A stretch of 54,063 nucleotides of DNA, the filler included, from Catajapyx aquilonaris (taxonomy: Eukaryota): assembly GCA_000934665.2 (NCBI GenBank). It is 2 parts of 2 records of this genome, joined end to end, with 100 filler letters (N's around TTAATTAATTAA, not from the genome) between each part and the next. Parts side by side here need not be neighbours in the genome. Positions count along the whole stretch, not along the records: positions 26,956 to 54,063 come from JYFJ02005142.1; 1 more part is not named here. One strand, written 5' to 3'. Below, in pieces: positions 50,161-54,063 of this stretch. A model generated the notes under the pieces. The model had not been told where the DNA came from, searched no databases, and saw only the letters and a program-made list of their open reading frames with translations. Position numbers and translations under genes: made by a program. Each line of letters begins with the position of its first letter. Positions within the stretch are counted from its first letter, which is position 1.

Positions 50161-50715
50161 TATCACTTCACACTCCTGCCACTCTCAGGTTAGGTTAGGT
50201 AGGGTTAGGCTGGTAACGTTAGGTTAGATCCTAACCTAGGTCATAACCTAACCTAACCTTACCCTATCACTTCACACTCCTGCCACTCTCAGGTTAGGTT
50301 AGGTTAGGTTGGTAACGTTAGGTTAGGTCCTAACCTAGCTCATAACCTAACCTAGCCTACTCTCAGGCTAGGCTAGGTTAGGTTAGGTTAGGTAGGGTTA
50401 GGCTGGTAACGTTAGGTTAGGTTCTAACTTAGCTCATAACCTAACCTAACCTAACCTATAACCTAAGAGTATCAGGAGTGTGAAGTGATAGGGTTAGGTT
50501 AGGTTAGGTAGGGTTAGGCTGGTAACGTTAGGTTAGGTCCTAACCTAGTTCATAACCTAACCTAACCTAACCTAACCTAACCTGAGAGTATCAGGAGTGT
50601 GAAGTGATAGGGTTAGGTTAGGTAGGGTTAGGCTGGTAACGTTATGTTTGCTCCTAGCCTAGATCATAACCTAACCTAACCTAACCTAACCCAATCCTAA
50701 CGGTTAGGGTCAGGT
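50161..50715. repeat. Modular interstitial (TTAGG)n/(CCTAA)n array, five hairpin-like units
   Basis: Five units of TTAGG tract-TGGTAACGTTA-...-CATAA-CCTAA tract, separated by a ~29-bp spacer TATCACTTCACACTCCTG(CC/AT)ACTCTCAGG that occurs in both orientations. Confidence 0.9.
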
Positions 50716-50774
50716 TAGTGGCACTACATTCACCTATCTGATGACTCGTCCCAGACAAACAGACTGGTACTGAC

Positions 50775-51026
50775 CTGCGCCCTGGCCGAGTTGGCCCTGG
50801 CAGCCTCGACGGGTAAGGGGCCGCCCCCGAGCTTCCCCTTGCTGGAGCTGGCCCTGGAGGCGAAAAGGACCCGGGCGATGAGCGAGTAGAGGATGCAGGA
50901 GAGGACCAGAGGCGCCAGGTAGAAGACGATCAGGTCCGCGAAGAAGTAACCCAGGTACTGCTGACGGGACAGTTTGAACGTGCACATTTGCACCTCTGGA
51001 AGGCCTCGATAGTGAAGCGGCTCCGT
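50775..51026 (-). CDS. TRHR: TRH/EFLamide receptor-like GPCR, coding exon 2 (ECL2, TM5, ICL3; 84 codons)
   Basis: Acceptor TTTTTTCAG|ACG, then TEPLHYRGLPEVQMCTFKLSRQQYLGYFFADLIVFYLAPLVLSCILYSLIARVLF...SARAQ, donor CAG|GTCAGT. 252 bp, phase 0 at both ends, in frame with exons 1 and 3. Confidence 0.92.
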
Positions 51027-51758
51027 CTGAAAAAATCACCGCAGAAAATCAAAGACAAATGTAACCAAAAGTTCTACAGACAATCATGTGAAACCTGTGG
51101 AAGATTACAGGATTTTCTGCGGATAAAAACGAAGCCTTATTACTATGCTAAAGCGATAAATCCACAAGTTACTCGATCCGTCATGCCAAGCACGTTTTGT
51201 TGTCAAATTAGTTGCGTCTCTTCCAGTCGCAGTTTCAGTTTACACTGCTTTCTGTTCCGGATGCAGGCCCGTATTATTTTTCCTTACACAGACAAATGAA
51301 AAAAGGAGCTTTCTGCTCTTATCTTTTCTCCTGGAGTCGTCATAGAAGCCATATGGCTCTCTTCCCGTATCTGATTCAATTAAAGAAAGTACAGGGTGCC
51401 CGGCACTTATTACGCAGTTATCCCTTTCAACATATTGCTCCACCCTGTGACTCTCCGAAATAAACTTTTGTATAGTATTGACACCCAGCGTTAAAGAAGT
51501 TATGTAACTGGTCTTTGGTGGTGGCAGAAGACCAATAAGTGGGAAGAAGGGAGGGGGAAAAAAAACCTAGTAGCTCCAGAGACCACCAACAAAGTATTGG
51601 AAAAGTTACAGGCCCCTAAGCAAATAGACTCTTGCTTTGATGACCTTCAGCAGTGTTGCTGAGCACACGTATTAGCGGCTTCCTCTAGGAGTAAAAGATC
51701 CGTCTGGCTCTTTAAAATGTTGTAAAAATTTCACCCAAAACAACATCGTTAGCTTATA

Positions 51759-52008
51759 CAGGGTTTTAATCCTAAACGTGTCACCAGAAAAGGTGGTGGT
51801 AGAGAGCGCAGCTGTGAGCATTTTTGCATAAGGAACTAGGGGTCGGAAACGCACCCTCACCGAGTCACTCCGCTGCGTGCCTCAAACTTGAAAGGGGCGT
51901 AACTCGGTGAGGGTGCGTTTCCGACCCCTAGTTCCTTATGCAAAAATGCTCACATTTGGGCCCTCTACCACCATCTTTTCTGGTGACACGCTTAGGATTA
52001 ACACCCTG
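51759..52008. mobile_element. Tc1/mariner-type palindromic MITE in GPCR intron 1
   Basis: TIR CAGGGT(T/G)TTAATCCTAA(A/G)CGTGTCACCAGAAAAG; ~105-bp arms; TA TSD. Confidence 0.88.
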
Positions 52009-52717
52009 TATAATTGTTACTCTCGTAAAACATACTGAAATTATGACGTGCACAATTATCAGTAATAATCTCCCGGATAAGTGAAACTATGGATTTAATG
52101 TGAGCTGTCGCCTTATCCTTTACACACATTTTAAGGGCTCAAAAATTGCCATTTAGTACCACGCTAATAAATTGTAACTAGTGGTGACGATTTGCGAATG
52201 GAGTGAAAGCCTGACTTTCCTGCCCTTAAGCACTCTCCACTTCATTTTTTTTTTCTCCTCCCACAGAAAGTTAGAACTCGAGCGAAAAATAATGGATCGT
52301 TCACGTCCGGACGAGAGAAGTGGGCTAGGAATTCCTAGGATTCCACAGATAATGGACCCTTGGCAGACACAAAAGTAAGGTCCAGTTGCAATGTGCGTTT
52401 TAGTTAGCCACATTTTGTGGCTTATAATATTAACTGGTCATATATTGGGCGATTTTAAAAAAACTCGTGTACGTTTATTACAGTTGTTCAAGATTTTCTC
52501 CATTTGTTCAGACCTCCTTATTGAATGATCCATCGGGCTGGGCCGAGGACCATTGCCAAGTGTGTTCTGATCGTTATTGCTTTTATTGGCTGGAACTCAA
52601 AAGTCGCACGTGCCAGAGTGTCTAGCCGCTTCATTTCTAGTTAGAAAGGTTAACAGGTTGGTCGTGACGCACAGAACCATTTAGCATTCAGAAAGTCTCT
52701 TATGCCTGACACGACAA

Positions 52718-52755
52718 TCTACTATATAAACGCGAAAGTCTGCATGTTTGTCCAG
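52718..52755 (+). mobile_element. Helitron 5'-end fragment close to the exon 1 donor
   Basis: A|TCTACTATATAAACGCGAAAGTCTGCATGTTTGTCC resembles insect non-autonomous Helitron 5' termini. Confidence 0.45.
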
Positions 52756-52784
52756 GCTGCCTATTTGACCTCTTATATTCTTAC

Positions 52785-53342
52785 CTTGGTGAGGAAGAGC
52801 CAGGGGAAGCAGTAGAGTATGGCGAAAATCCACACGACTAGTATGATCCTCTTGGCTCTCCTGACGGTGCAGACCGCGTGTGCCCTCATGGGATGGCAGA
52901 TGGCGATGTACCGCTCGACAGTGAAGGCGGCCAGACTCAACGAGGACGCGTTGATGCCCAGATGCTGCAGGAAGATGAAGATGGCGCATCCGGCCGATCC
53001 CCAGATCCACTTGTTGCCCAGGAGGTAGTAGGACAGGATCTCGTTGGGTACGGAGGCCAGCAGGACCACGCAGTCCGCAACGGCCAGGCTGACCAGATAG
53101 CAGTTGGTCGGGGAGTGGAGGCTCCTGGACCGATTGACCACCGCCACCACCAGGGTGTTGCCAGCCAACCCTATTATCATGATCAGACCTTGGAACAGCG
53201 TACCCACAAGTCGGTACGTGTGGGAGTAGTACTGCGGCTCTTCCTCCCAAAGCTCTTCTTCGACGCCACCTGACCACTCGGGGTTGACCAACACTCCATC
53301 GCTGCTGTTCGTACCGTTTATTAAAGACACTATCGGATCCAT
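52785..53342 (-). CDS. TRHR: TRH/EFLamide receptor-like GPCR, coding exon 1 (N-terminus to TM4; 186 codons)
   Basis: ORF MDPIVSLINGTNSS... with N-glycosylation sequons, TM1 GN, TM2 TNCYLVSLAVAD and TM3 LGINASSLSLAAFTVERYIAICHP (TRH receptor family signature). Ends AAG|GTAAGA, a phase-0 donor. Confidence 0.93.
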
Positions 53343-54063
53343 CGCACTGCACTATATAGTTGGGGGTCAGGGGTCAGTTCAATGCGGCGGGTTTCGTCAT
53401 CGACTGTGGAATGATGCTGGCAGGACGATGTTCATCTGGGGTGGGCACAAGTGGAGGTTTCAGACGCGGTCTCGAACGCGTCTGGTCAGCAACGCGCAAA
53501 TGACCAGGCGAATTAGAACACTCCTAACACGTTAGGTTTGAGGCGATAGATGTGTCGTAGGGTGTATCCGCCACATGCAAGAGGTTGCGCAATGTACCCT
53601 AATTAATGCTAATTAATATCGGTGAATATGATCATCATCACCACATAATGCGATTCCCCGATATTCACGAGATATCCAGAAGATATCCCGGAGAACGATT
53701 AAGGTTAAATTCAGTTAAAAAGTAAGCTTAATTAGCATTTTATTAAATATATTGAAATTTAAAGTGAAAGTGGTACCATATCACTATCATATAGATGGCG
53801 CACACTGCTGATGACTCACCGCGGACAGAGGCACAGACAAAGCCAATTATTCTGCGATGGAGCTAAATAATTTCTGCAAATAAAATTTGCAAAATGTGTA
53901 TTATTTTAGTCTCAAAACCAATCAGAAGTCTCATATAGATTTTCATTTGCTTTTCCTCCGCATCTCAATTCCATTCAAACCGCGCAAAAATTAGTTCCTA
54001 CTTAATCTAAATAGAACAAAAACATCGGACTTCTTTTTTTTGTCTCTTTCTCCACAAATGAGC

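Noticed and set aside
50161..50715. Telomere-telomere fusion site or true telomere
   Set aside because: Tracts are short, modular, interleaved with a dispersed-repeat spacer and lie inside an intact gene intron
52681..53535. Overlapping ORFs (223 aa minus; 69, 131 and 83 aa plus)
   Set aside because: Shadow frames of the GC-rich receptor exon 1

Overview
Eukaryotic, almost certainly arthropod, genomic DNA (TTAGG arrays, an insect-type tRNA-derived SINE, a pacifastin domain). An artificial 100-bp spacer (44 N + TTAATTAATTAA + 44 N, 26856-26955) splits the window, so the two halves may not be contiguous. The right half carries three coding exons of a minus-strand rhodopsin-class GPCR of the TRH/EFLamide receptor family (52785-53342, 50775-51026, 37526-37686); its terminal NPxxY exon was not found in the window. 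On the opposite strand, downstream of the third exon's donor site and so presumably inside intron 3, lies a compact two-exon gene (28640-29038) that the ORF track shows only in part. It encodes a 101-aa putatively secreted pacifastin-domain peptide with an atypical reactive site. The rest is non-coding and dense in short non-autonomous transposons (hAT-, P-, Tc1/mariner- and PIF/Harbinger-like MITEs, Helitron and DINE-1-like elements, a SINE) and minisatellites. Several are nested, and one P-like insertion has its empty site preserved next to it. All calls are from manual reading; no database searches were run.
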